Assembly: GCA_965206695.1 (NCBI GenBank)
Contig: CBDBKM010000003.1
Span: 95,825-159,824, forward strand
Direction of reading: 5' to 3'
Origin: Chlamydiales bacterium
GTDB lineage: Bacteria; Chlamydiota; Chlamydiia; Chlamydiales; JAAZZY01
DNA: 64,000 nucleotides
Part shown: positions 31,257 to 42,067 of the stretch, one piece after another
Layout: the number at the start of each line of letters is the position of its first letter
Numbering within the stretch: the first letter of the stretch is position 1
Program-made: the position numbers and the translations under genes
Notes under the pieces: generated by a model
The model's input: the letters and a program-made list of their open reading frames with translations, nothing else
Told to the model about the DNA's origin: nothing
Databases searched by the model: none

Positions 31257-31292
31257 TCCCCCGGGGTTTTTAAAAGAATCCGGGAGTTTTTG
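31257..31292. terminator. Probable terminator after the dcw cluster
   Basis: Imperfect GC hairpin cccccgg..ccgggag followed by a T-run. Confidence 0.45.
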
Positions 31293-31564
31293 TGTGTATT
31301 TATTTTATAGTTTTAGGCTTTGCTAGTAGAATAGTCACGTATAGCTGTAGCGCTATAAATACCTGTTACACCTACTGCCACCCCTACATACGGCCCATGC
31401 AACACTTTGAGCCTTTTCACTGATAGTTTTACTATTTGAGTAATCTTCAATTCCTTTTTTAACAAGATATGTAGCTGCTTCACCAACGGCTACAATCGCT
31501 CCAAGCCCTGAATATGATAAGCTTGCTTTTGTAGGCTCTTTATCTGGTGGTTTAATAGGCTTAT

Positions 31565-33332
31565 CCGACATTCCTAGACCGTAAGATATTTTTTTTGAAT
31601 TAGAATTATAGATTGCCTATCCTGTTACTTTTTATTTGATACAAGGAGAAAAGTTATGCCGGAAGTTGCAGGAGATAATATTCAAACAGTGAACATGGAT
31701 CACCATGGATTAATTGCAGCACTTTGCAGCGATCTAAAAGTAGCGGAAAGGATTGATACCGGATTAAAAAATCATCCACAAAGAAAAGTAAGTGCGGGAC
31801 AGGCAGTAATTGCAATGATTCTGAATGGATTAGGGTTTACTAATAGACGTCTCTACCTAACACATCAATTTTTTGCTTCTAAATCGATAGAGAATTTACT
31901 TGGCAACGATCTTCGAGCAGAAGATCTCACAGATTATACTTTAGGTCATGCTTTGGATGATATTGCGAAATATGGGAGCAGTAAATTATTTGCTGAAGTT
32001 TCTTTTGGAATAGCCCTAGACCATGATTTACTACAAAAAACGCATCATCTAGATACAACAAGCTTTTCCGTTCATGGGTCGTATGAAGTGAAAGATGATC
32101 CGCAAGTGATTGAGATTAAGCAGGGTTATTCTAAAGATCATAGACCTGATTTGAAACAAGTTGTACTTTCTCTCGTTACCAATGGTCCGAGTTCTATGCC
32201 TCTATGGATGGAAGCCTTAGACGGCAATAGTTCTGATAAAGCAAGTTTTCATGAGACGCTCAAAAAAATCAGTGAATTTCAACAACAGATTGATGTAAAA
32301 ACAAAGTTGAAGTGGGTTGCCGATTCAGCGTTATACACAAAAGAAAAGCTCTTAAAAAATAATGATTATAAATGGCTCACCCGAGTTCCCGAGATAATAG
32401 GAGAAGCAAAAAGATTAGTAGAAAAACCGGAAGAAGAAATTGATTGGATTGATCAGGAGAAAGGATATAAAACATGCAGCTTCACCTCTTTTTATGGAGG
32501 GATTAAACAAAGATGGCTTTTGGTTTTTTCAGAGCAAGCCTATCAGAGAGAGATAAAATCATTAGAAAAAAAATTGACCAAGGCAGAAGAAAAGCTCAAG
32601 AAACAACTTTGGCATTTGGGTAATGAGGAATTTAAATGCGAAAGTGATGCTAAAAAAGCTTGGGGCAGATTGACTAAAAAAAATCATTTATATTCCATGA
32701 ATAGTGAGATATTGCCGATTCTAAAATATGGTAAATTAGGCAAACCTAAACAAGGAGAGGAAAAACAAGTTGTTGGATACAAGATTCATGCTAGCTTTGA
32801 AAGGGAAGAAGAAGAAATTAATAAACTGATGAATAGAAAAGGACGGTTTATTTTAGCTGCGAATGACACCGATAGAGAAAATTATAAAGATGAGATGATG
32901 TTAGAAGAATATAAAGAACAGCAAAAGGTTGAAGGAGGGTTTCGCTTTTTAAAAGATCCTTGGTTTATGGTTGATTCTATTTTTTTAAAAACCCCTCGAC
33001 GCATTGAAGCATTAATGATGGTTATGACATTGTGTTTAATGGTTTATAATATCGGACAATATCAACTTCGACAAAAATTGATAGAAACAGAAGAGACATT
33101 ACCCAACCAATTAGGAAAGGAAGTCAAAAATCCAACATTAAGATGGATTTTCCAAATTATGGAAGGTATCGGAATAATCCGTTTTTTTCAGAAGACTTCC
33201 CGGAGAATTTGTAAAGAAATGATCACAAATTTAACCCGTCTTCGGAAAAAGATTATTGTTTTGTTTGGAAAGACTGCAATGAGGATGTATGGCTTAATTA
33301 GAAAAACTTGTTTAGAGGTCTAGGAATGTCGG
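31565..33332 (+). mobile_element. IS1634-family element (transposase 31656-33323), no matching TSD
   Basis: Same 16-bp IRs and protein as the other copies; flanks are GCTTAT and TTAAAA. Confidence 0.95.
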
Positions 33333-34186
33333 TTAAAACCATGTAAAAGACTTTTTAATATTTTAACGCATTCAGTAGCCGGTAATAATAGGGTATTTAA
33401 CCCAAGTATTTTCAAATGATTTCGATAAAAATAGAGAAGATCAAAAGAAAAGGTTGGGGGAGTTGCCGGGTTGGCGATGACAATCATTGAGCCGTTCATA
33501 GCGAGTATTTATAAGGCTTGTTCAAAAACAGAGCCTCCAATTGAATTGAGCACTAGATCAAATGGCTTTTTATCTATAAATTTTTTTTTGAAACTTAAGC
33601 TGTTTATATTAACAACTTGATAACCCTCCTTTCTCAAGGCCTTAGCTTTATTATTATCCCGAACACCGCCTATAGGGTGAGCCTTTTTCCATTTAGCTAT
33701 TTGCATCGCAGCTTTTCCCACCAGTCCATTAGCGCCATAGATAAAAACATGATCCCCTTTTTTTATATTTCCGACTTGTACTAAAGCCGCAAAAGCTGCT
33801 GTAAATGGCACGCCAACAGAAGCAGCCTCTTCTTCACTTAAAAAAGATGGTTTTAGAATAAATTCATTTTCGGCAAGTAAAAGATATTCAGCATGAGAAC
33901 CGTGTCTTTCGAAGCCCAAATCACCACCTGTTCCAAAGACTTTTTCCCCTATTAAATGCTGAGGACCCTTTACGACTATTCCGGAAAAGTCACTACCCGG
34001 AACCATAGGAAGATGAACATGTGGCATCATCCCTGTTGCTAGTTTAGGATCTCGTTTATTTACGCTTGAATAGGCAATTTGGATTAAACACGTACGTTTT
34101 TTTAATCCGGGAGAGGGGATATGATGAAGAGCAAGATTTTTTTTATTTAAAGAAGATGAAAATTTGGTAATTTGAAGAGCTTGCAT
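33333..34186 (-). pseudogene. Zinc-binding dehydrogenase/NADPH:quinone reductase, premature stop and IS-truncated
   Basis: VPGSDFSG and GANGLVG. The frame continues past the TAA at 33509 (ILAMNGSMIVI..) up to the IS1634 end. Confidence 0.8.
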
Positions 34187-34307
34187 GATCTTTTAAAAGG
34201 TGGTTTTCACTTTTTTAAAGTATTTTTTAAATGATGCAAAATATTTTTAGTAGGCTTTTGATTAGTATAATGCAAGCTATAAAAAACCGAATACACTTTG
34301 ATTAGAG

Positions 34308-35027
34308 TAGTTTAAATTATAAATTTTATCAACAACTCGTTCATTATTAATCCGATAGAATAGCGAATGCATGGTTAGTAGCATCGGCCGGCCCTATCCT
34401 TCTGATTGCTTCCGGTAACCTCCGGATTGTTTTTTTCAAATGTGCCCAAAATCGCTCAATAGGATTCAGATCCGGTGAATAAGCCGGAAGAAAGAAAATC
34501 CGACAGCCTGCTTCTTATATAAGCCTTTTCGTGTCCTGCGATAACAAAAAGGTGATAGAATTTGAGCATTTCTTTGTGTTGCAATAAAACTTTCTCTTGC
34601 ATATCTCATACCGGATACCGCTCCATATACTTGAGCTCCCTTTAAGGCTCTTGCACGCTCCTTGCTCTGATATCTATTGATTTCACTTTCATCGAGGTAG
34701 GCCGCGATCTTTTTCATTATCTGTTTGATTTCTTCAATACATTCTCTTCTTGTTTTATCATCCCGTTCTTTGTAGTACGGTGTCTTTTTTTAGAGAAATT
34801 TTGAGCCTCTTACAGGCATAGACAACGGTTTGGAGAGTTCTTTCGTGGTTTGGGAGCTAAGCAATTTTGCCGCTTCCTGCGCATCCGGTGCGCTAATGTA
34901 CGTAATGTAATCCCGAAAGCCTCTGCAACCTTATCGAGATATTTGAGAGCTGTGTTTCTTAAATCAAGTGAGCAAGCCCTTCGTGCATGATACATCATCA
35001 TAATGAAAAACAACATTTAATTCACTA
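34308..35027 (-). mobile_element. Decayed IS630-family element
   Basis: Fragments SLDLRNTAL, YLDESEIN, GAVSGMRYARES, NPIERFW with many disruptions. Confidence 0.8.
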
Positions 35028-35029
35028 TG

Positions 35030-35103
35030 ATATCCAAAATCCAAAAACAAATAAACGCTTTCATTTCAATGCTAAAGCAAAGGGTTTTCTCGCTTATATT
35101 GTC
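35030..35103 (-). mobile_element. Isolated IS605-family left end overlapping the ribH stop codon
   Basis: caatgctaaagcaaagggtt..cgctt..tgtc matches the left ends at 12615 and 26703; TTAT adjacent on the minus strand. Confidence 0.8.
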
Positions 35104-35552
35104 ATAAGATTGACCATTTCAATAGCACCTAATGCACAGTCATATCCTTTATTCGTATTTTTCGAATCAGAACGCTCGAAAGCTTGCTGTGCATTATCAC
35201 AGGTAAGTACTCCAAAAAGTATCGGAATATCAAAATCCAGATTTAGTTTAGCTATCGAGTCTGAGACTTGTGAACAGACATAATCAAAATGAGAAGTAGC
35301 TCCTTTAATAACAGCTCCTAGACAAATGATGGAATTAAACGTCTTACTAATGGCCAGTTTTTTTGTCACTATGGGTATTTCACAGGCTCCCGGAACATGC
35401 ACTACTGTGATATCTTCACTTTTAACACCCAGAGATTTTAAACCATATAGTGCACCTTCGAGCAGTCTTTTGGTAATCACTTCATTAAAACGGCTCACTA
35501 CAATAGCAATGGAAATATCATCTACTTGATGATCCCCTTTGTATTCTTTCAC
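35094..35552 (-). CDS. ribH: 6,7-dimethyl-8-ribityllumazine synthase
   Basis: SRFN, VPGACEIP, GAVIKGATSHFDYV. Confidence 0.96.
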   Translation of the reverse strand: MKEYKGDHQVDDISIAIVVSRFNEVITKRLLEGALYGLKSLGVKSEDITVVHVPGACEIPIVTKKLAISKTFNSIICLGAVIKGATSHFDYVCSQVSDSIAKLNLDFDIPILFGVLTCDNAQQAFERSDSKNTNKGYDCALGAIEMVNLMTI

Positions 35553-36766
35553 TATTTTTCTCCTTGTATTTCAAGTATATGACCCATTTTCATCTTCTTG
35601 GTTAAAAGATACCGGATATTTTCTTTATTAGGATTAGATATAAGAGGTACTCTTTTAGTTATCTTAAGGCTATAGCCTTCTAATCCACTATATTTAGAAG
35701 GATTATTTGTCATAAGACGTATGGTGCTTATTCCTAAGTCAACCAATATTTGAGCTCCTATGCCGTATTCTCTTGAGTCTACTTGAAACCCTAATTCAAT
35801 ATTCGCTTCTACGGTATCTCTACCTTGATCCTGTAGATTATAAGCGCGTAGTTTGTGTTTCAATCCAATACCTCGCCCTTCATGACCTCTTAGATAAATA
35901 ACAATTCCCACTCCTTCTTCAGCGATCTTTTCCAAAGCATGTTCTAACTGAGCGCCACAATCGCATCTAATCGAACCAAAAATATCTCCGGTAATACATT
36001 CTGAATGAACTCTTACCAAAACATTTTCCTTCTCAGTAATATCTCCTTTAACAAGAGCGACATGCTGAACACCATCCAATATAGAGCTATAAGCATGAGC
36101 AGTAAAATCACCAAATTTTGTAGGGATTCTTGCTGAGGAAGATAATTCTACTAACTTTTCTGATTGCCTTCGATATTTGACTAAATCAGCTATGGATATC
36201 ATTTTAAGTTGATGTTTTTCAGAAAAAGCTTGTAAATCCTCAAATCGAGCCATCGACCCATCTTCTTTCACTATTTCACATAACACTCCGGCCGGTCTTA
36301 GACCGGCTAATTTCGCTAAATCTACAGCGGCTTCGGTATGACCTGCTCTTTTTAATACGCCACCATTTCGATATCTTAAAGGAAAGATATGACCGGGACG
36401 CAATAGGTCATTGGATTGAGTATCGGGATTCGCTAAAGCTTTTATTGTCTTAGCCCGATCGCTTGCTGAAATACCGGTTGTTGTTCCATATTTAAAATCC
36501 ACAGAAATTGTAAACGCTGTATCATGCCTCTCCGTACTATCTGAGACCATTAATGGCAGACGCAAACGATCTAAATCTTCACCTAAAAGAGGTACGCAAA
36601 TAACCCCGCTAGTATGTTTAACCATAAAAGCAATTGATTCGTCTGTTACAGTCTCTGCAGCAAGGATTAAATCCCCCTCATTTTCTCGATCGGCATCATC
36701 TACTACTACAACAAGTCTACCTTGCCGGATCTCTTTTATTGCTTCTTCGATACTAGAAAATGTCAT
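35552..36766 (-). CDS. ribBA: DHBP synthase / GTP cyclohydrolase II
   Basis: DRENEGD, RAGHTEA, RVHSECITGD, EGRGIGL. Confidence 0.97.
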   Translation of the reverse strand: MTFSSIEEAIKEIRQGRLVVVVDDADRENEGDLILAAETVTDESIAFMVKHTSGVICVPLLGEDLDRLRLPLMVSDSTERHDTAFTISVDFKYGTTTGISASDRAKTIKALANPDTQSNDLLRPGHIFPLRYRNGGVLKRAGHTEAAVDLAKLAGLRPAGVLCEIVKEDGSMARFEDLQAFSEKHQLKMISIADLVKYRRQSEKLVELSSSARIPTKFGDFTAHAYSSILDGVQHVALVKGDITEKENVLVRVHSECITGDIFGSIRCDCGAQLEHALEKIAEEGVGIVIYLRGHEGRGIGLKHKLRAYNLQDQGRDTVEANIELGFQVDSREYGIGAQILVDLGISTIRLMTNNPSKYSGLEGYSLKITKRVPLISNPNKENIRYLLTKKMKMGHILEIQGEK

Positions 36767-36767
36767 C

Positions 36768-37376
36768 CTATACTCTTACTTGATTTCTGAAATGTTCCAA
36801 ACGCTCTACATATTTTGCAATAAGATCTACTTCAATATTGACAGTATCTCCTACACCGCTTTCTCCTAAAGAAGTTCTTTTATTAGTTAAAGGGATAATA
36901 GCGATCGAAATACTCGATGGGTTTACAGACATAATTGTTAAACTTATTCCATCAATTGCAACTGACCCTTTATGAACCATATAACGCAATAAATTTTCCG
37001 GAATAAGAATCTTTATTTCCTTTGATCCGTCGCTTAATTTTTCAATTCCCTTTATCGTCCCTACGCCATCAATATGTCCTTGAACAAGGTGACCATCTAT
37101 TCGTCCATTAAAGGCTAGAGGCCTTTCTAAATTCACAGAAGCCTTAAAAATAAGTGTTTTTAAATTCGTTAAGCGAAGAGTTTCTTCTACCACATCAAAA
37201 GAAGCAAGATTATCTTTTAACTCAACCAAACTTAAACAAACTCCATTTACAGCAAAAGAGGCTCCAATAACCGCTTCTTTAAAAATAGTCTTAGCCTCAA
37301 TAAGAATCCTGGCACCATCTATCAACTTGTCAACTTGATGAATAATCCCTTTTTCTTCGATAATCCCCGTAAACAT
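36768..37376 (-). CDS. ribE: Riboflavin synthase alpha chain
   Basis: MFTGIIE, NGVCL, GHLVQGHIDG. Confidence 0.97.
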   Translation of the reverse strand: MFTGIIEEKGIIHQVDKLIDGARILIEAKTIFKEAVIGASFAVNGVCLSLVELKDNLASFDVVEETLRLTNLKTLIFKASVNLERPLAFNGRIDGHLVQGHIDGVGTIKGIEKLSDGSKEIKILIPENLLRYMVHKGSVAIDGISLTIMSVNPSSISIAIIPLTNKRTSLGESGVGDTVNIEVDLIAKYVERLEHFRNQVRV

Positions 37377-38513
37377 TTAATTCCTCTTTATAATCTCGTA
37401 ATCCAAACGAATATCCTGATCAAATTGTTTTGATTTAAGAAGCCTTAGTCGTTTTGCATCAATAATGTCCTCTAGATGTAAATCTGAAAAAAGAGGTAGC
37501 CCGCTATCGCCTAATAAACATGCCGCTTTATACAGAATCAAACGATCTACTAATCCATATCTCAAGAAACTACTAAACATTTTACTACCCCCTTCAACCA
37601 TCACCTGTATGATATCTCTTTTTGCCAGCTCTTGAAGTAATGCTTTTAAATCTATAAATAAGGATGCATCTATTGGTAATTGTATCACTTCAACACCTAT
37701 CTCTGAAAAAGAGTGAAGCCATTCATCAGATGCTTGACTACCCGTTACCAATAAAGTCGGTGTCCGCTTGCTCCGGAAAACCTCATCATAAGGAACCATT
37801 ATCTGTGATGAGTCTAAAATCACCCTTAGCGGTTGGTTGAAATAGGGTAAATCTACATCTCTTACAGTTAAAGAAGGTTGATCTTTAAAGGCCGTATGGG
37901 CCCCTACTATAACAGCTTGAGATGCCGCTCTTAGAAGGTGAACATCTTTTCTGGCTGACTTACCCGTTATCCAAAATGAAGATCCGTTTTGGGTCGCGAT
38001 TTTTCCATCTAAACTCACTGCTGCTTTTAATAAGCAAAAAGGTCTATTTTTCTTTCGGTGGTGTAGATAAGGACATAAGGATTCTTTGACCTCATCTTCT
38101 AATACACCCACATCTACTTGAATACCGGCTTTTTGCAAGACTTCAATGCCTTTTCCGGACACTCTTGGATCAGGGTCTTTCACAGCAATAACGGCTCTTT
38201 TTACTTTAGCTTTTATCAAAGCTTCGGTACAAGGAGGCGTTCTTCCCTGACAAGGACAGGGCTCTAATGTCACATATACAGTAGCTCCTTCAGCCTTACC
38301 TTGAGCTTGATTCAAAGCTTCTATTTCAGCATGGTTTTTACCCGGCAAATTAGTATAGCCTTCTGCAACAACAAATCCTTGATTCACAATAAGGCAACCC
38401 ACCCAAGGGTTAGGAGGAGCGAGATAACGAGCTTGGTTACTTATTTCTAAAGCCCTTCGCATCATTAAGTTATCATGCAGCGTACTTGGCATATTAGTCT
38501 CAAATTTTTCCAT
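37377..38513 (-). CDS. ribD: Riboflavin biosynthesis deaminase/reductase
   Basis: PNPWVG, HAE, TLEPC..TPPC, SLDGKIA, VEGGS. Confidence 0.96.
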   Translation of the reverse strand: MEKFETNMPSTLHDNLMMRRALEISNQARYLAPPNPWVGCLIVNQGFVVAEGYTNLPGKNHAEIEALNQAQGKAEGATVYVTLEPCPCQGRTPPCTEALIKAKVKRAVIAVKDPDPRVSGKGIEVLQKAGIQVDVGVLEDEVKESLCPYLHHRKKNRPFCLLKAAVSLDGKIATQNGSSFWITGKSARKDVHLLRAASQAVIVGAHTAFKDQPSLTVRDVDLPYFNQPLRVILDSSQIMVPYDEVFRSKRTPTLLVTGSQASDEWLHSFSEIGVEVIQLPIDASLFIDLKALLQELAKRDIIQVMVEGGSKMFSSFLRYGLVDRLILYKAACLLGDSGLPLFSDLHLEDIIDAKRLRLLKSKQFDQDIRLDYEIIKRN

Positions 38514-39044
38514 AAATTAAGATAAGAAGCTTACGTAATTGATTAGACCGGTTGCGTAATAAAAGTTGTATCAGTTTAACTCGTTTTAAAAGTTCTTTAA
38601 TCATCTGCTTGCCTCTGTAGTGTCCTAAAAAACTTATTAGAAACCACTAAAAATTTAAGTCGCAACAAGTCTATTGATCGATTATATAAGTAAGATGATT
38701 TGCTTCTCAACTTATTATTAGCAATGCTTAAATTAAGTATGGTCTTATCAAAGTTAATTTATGACTTCTTAGCTTGATAAACTCTTACTTATTATACACA
38801 ATATGTTTATTATGAACAACTTAATTACTTAACTTTTTGCCGGTTTTCGGATATTATTTAATATGGAAGCTAATCTGGTGAGCTTATATTATCCTTTAAA
38901 AAGGAGTTTAATGTGTCAGATTTTTCAATCAATCCTTCAATATATAACCCCTATTTTAATTCGACAGACCAACTGTCAACCAAGGATCAAGCCTATACCG
39001 GGACTGTTTCGTTCTGTTAAAATTTTAAGAAATGAGTTAATATA

Positions 39045-39196
39045 AGAGTCATTTTTTTGAAGGATATAGTTATGCACCGGGTAAAGATGATAAGTTTGGA
39101 AGATATAATTTCCGAAACCCATAATTATCGTAAATTTGATCAAGTGTGTTCTTTTAAATCCGTAAAAAAAGATTGAAAAAATCAGAAAAGGATAAG
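39045..39196 (+). mobile_element. IS5/IS1182-like transposase N-terminal relic
   Basis: MHRVKMISLEDIISETHNYRKF resembles the starts of such transposases; truncated at the IS30 relic. Confidence 0.5.
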
Positions 39197-39773
39197 GCCT
39201 TTTCAACATCGAAGTGCAAGAAATAGGAGAAAATCGAAAATGGCTAAATGATGGCAAAATATCTATAGTAAATTTTTTATAAAAGACAAAACTATGGAGG
39301 ATTTTTTATGCCTAAAGGCTACCGATATTTAATCTATGAACTAAAGATGCGAAATTTCAATATTAAAGCAAAGAGGAGATACGGCTCGTTGTATAGCAAA
39401 TGAAATCCAAGTTGACATATCTGCAGTCTACCGAGCAGTAAAAAGGAATAGCTTTGAAAATAGGTATATTCATTATAAATGAAAAATAAGTTTAGACAAT
39501 CAGTGGGTTTTAAAAAATATTATCAAGTCAGTTATGCAGAAGTCTTGATAGGAGATTTTGAATGAGCATATTAATGGATTGGTAAGACAGTACCTGCTTT
39601 AAAAAAACGGATTTGTTACAAGTAGCGGATGAGGAGACAAAAAGGATAGAAGATTTATTAAATAACAGACCAAGAAAAAGTTTAAATTTTAAAACACCTA
39701 TAGAAGTTTTCAATCAAAGAAAATTGAGTGATAATGCAGTATCTATTTGTTGCACTTCAACAGTTGAAAAGGC
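39197..39773 (+). mobile_element. Internally deleted IS30-family element
   Basis: IRs gccttttcaac..gttgaaaaggc; MPKGYR.L.YE N-terminus; GLVRQY..LNNRPRKSLNFKTP C-terminus. Confidence 0.85.
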
Positions 39774-39794
39774 ATAGGTTCTATATCCATAATG

Positions 39795-41351
39795 TTAAGC
39801 TCTTAATATAATCGTAGCTCCTAAGGGTAGATGATCAGAACGATGAGCAGCATTAGGTAGAAGGGGTAAAATATCGAGAGGCTTATTGTCAAAGCCAAGG
39901 TGTAGATCCTGCACAAGGGGGTGGTGGTGATCTGTTGTCGCTTTCAGATAAATAAGAAAATCCTCTTCATCAGCTACGCGTTTACCCGCTTTATGGTGTT
40001 GTACGGTTGCCATACGTTTTTTTATGGTTGTTGGTCCTAAAGAGCCTGTTTCCAGCCCTTTTTCTTCCAGTAAAGCTTTAAGAGCTTCTACATCTTGTTT
40101 CTTTTTGGTATTGGCATCGATACCTATAAGTAAGCGGAGCTTTTCGTAACCTTGCCTACATCTGTTTTCATGATATTTTTCTACAATCAACGAGATCTGA
40201 TCTCTGCCGTCTTCGGCATCATTAGAGCTGCCGTGTCCTGTTGCTAAGAGAAACTGTTCTTTGGTCTCTTGATGTGTCGCGATGATAAGGTTGAGAGTCC
40301 CTTTTTCCCGATGCGAATAAGCCTCTATATTAATCAGCTCGTACTCTTTTTCCCATACATCTTTCTTTAAAAAGATAAGGGTGCCATCACTCTTGTTTTG
40401 CTTGTCTATAGGATGAAAGTCTGTTTCTAAAGCCTTCATAAGCAGAGCATCTGCTTCTTGAGTAAAAAAGAGAGAGGTATTAGAACGTAAAAGGTCATTT
40501 TTTAGTTGCAGAGCTTTGTCTTGAGCATTGCCTATCGTTTCAGCAAAAATTTCCTTAACCCTGTTCACCTCGGAAATCAGTTTGTTATCTTGAGCGATAA
40601 GGTGAAGGTTAAGGCTTTGATATATAGCATAAGCAACAAGCTGACCAAAAGAAGTGCAAAACGGTTCTAACTCTTCAAGCTTAGCTTCACTATCGAGAAG
40701 GAGCAAGTCGGTAAGTGGCATGCGATACAGCATGTTTTTAAGAACACTCTCTTTTTTTGTAAAAGGTAGATGTGAGGGTAGCAGCAATTTATTAAAAAGA
40801 TCTTTTTTTAATTGATAAGAAGTTGTCCCCTCTTGCAGGGAAGTTGTGGAACCTACGATAGGTAGATCAAAAAAGGTGAACATCTTGAGGTTCTTCTCAA
40901 TATTTGTAAAAAGGTTGGCGATAGAACTTCTCAAAAACTTAAAACATGCCTGCCGGCTGTGCTTGGTGATGAATGCTTTGATTTTCTGATAATCGGCACC
41001 CGCATCGGTAAAATGTTCCTGTTGTATGCGATGAAGATAATCTAGAAGATCGGAGTCTATAACATCTTGTAATGTCGGTTTCTGTTGATCATGACGTTGG
41101 GCAAGCAGCAGCATCGTTCGGCGGTAGCTGTCAATTTGAGATTTATTATCTGTTGCTTTCAAAAGAGAGATCTCTGTATCACTCAGTTCCTTGGTATATT
41201 GTTCTTGAGCAACAAGGAGATGGAAAACTTTCTCTCTAATACAGTTGAGCTTGCAAGTAGCATCTAAAGCATTATAATCGCCTTCAAATTCAAAAGGATC
41301 ATTACAGATACCGCCATAATTTTCTGTATAAACATTGATCATAGTTGACAT
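39795..41351 (-). CDS. Endonuclease/exonuclease/phosphatase (EEP) superfamily protein
   Basis: Ordered EEP motifs YTEN, FTQE, GHG, GIDAN, DFLI, SDHLP. Confidence 0.75.
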   Translation of the reverse strand: MSTMINVYTENYGGICNDPFEFEGDYNALDATCKLNCIREKVFHLLVAQEQYTKELSDTEISLLKATDNKSQIDSYRRTMLLLAQRHDQQKPTLQDVIDSDLLDYLHRIQQEHFTDAGADYQKIKAFITKHSRQACFKFLRSSIANLFTNIEKNLKMFTFFDLPIVGSTTSLQEGTTSYQLKKDLFNKLLLPSHLPFTKKESVLKNMLYRMPLTDLLLLDSEAKLEELEPFCTSFGQLVAYAIYQSLNLHLIAQDNKLISEVNRVKEIFAETIGNAQDKALQLKNDLLRSNTSLFFTQEADALLMKALETDFHPIDKQNKSDGTLIFLKKDVWEKEYELINIEAYSHREKGTLNLIIATHQETKEQFLLATGHGSSNDAEDGRDQISLIVEKYHENRCRQGYEKLRLLIGIDANTKKKQDVEALKALLEEKGLETGSLGPTTIKKRMATVQHHKAGKRVADEEDFLIYLKATTDHHHPLVQDLHLGFDNKPLDILPLLPNAAHRSDHLPLGATIILRA

Positions 41352-41899
41352 ATTTCATAGTTGACATATTATTTTACCTCTTGTAAGACAAAAGCTTAAA
41401 TTATAAATATTAAGATATCATAAAGATTAGGCGAGTGTCCGGAACGACACAAGTAAACCTTGACCCTCTAGAATTAAGCTGTTTGAGATGTATGGGAAAC
41501 AAAGGATAATCGCGTTTAATAGCACGGATAAAACCATTAAAAAAATATTAATAAGATAATAATAAGATAATAATAGAAATATTTTTGTTGAAAAAAAAAC
41601 CTGATAAACACATTCCGAAAAACTCCGCTTTAAAAAGTCCCGGGGGTGTTTACGGAGTTCTTAACGTACAGTATTATGATGAAAGATTTAAATCAAGCAC
41701 ATCGTTTCAATATTAGAAAAAAAATTGTTTAATATGCTCAGGATAAAGTAGGCCGGCCGTAAGAAATGGGGCGTAGCCGGAAATACCGGTCGTCTTTAGT
41801 TGCGGCGTCTTTTCAAAATACTTAATTGAATGTTGAGACTGTTGTTATGAGTTAGTTACATCGAATTTGGGTAACTTATTATTATGGATTAGAGAAAAA

Positions 41900-42065
41900 A
41901 AACAGACTGGATAGTTTCGTCAAATTCAACCTAAAGAGGTTTTTGAAACCGTAAAGCACTATGTGACTATCGATGAGCCGTGTGTACTGATTGTAGATGA
42001 TACCGGTCTTTCAAAAACGCATAGTAAAAAGATAGAGCTTGTCAATTATCAATATTCCGGAAATG
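41900..42065 (+). mobile_element. IS701-like transposase fragment
   Basis: QPKEVFE..CVLIVDDTGLSKTHSKKIELVNYQYSGN, homologous to 7830-7920. Confidence 0.7.
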
Positions 42066-42067
42066 TA

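Noticed and set aside
38514-38860. FMN riboswitch upstream of the rib operon
   Set aside because: No RFN consensus (GGGCAGGGTGAAATTCCC..CGGCGGT) on the minus strand; the region is very AT-rich
41660-41830. Possible IS481-like N-terminal relic
   Set aside because: Too short and degenerate to call with confidence
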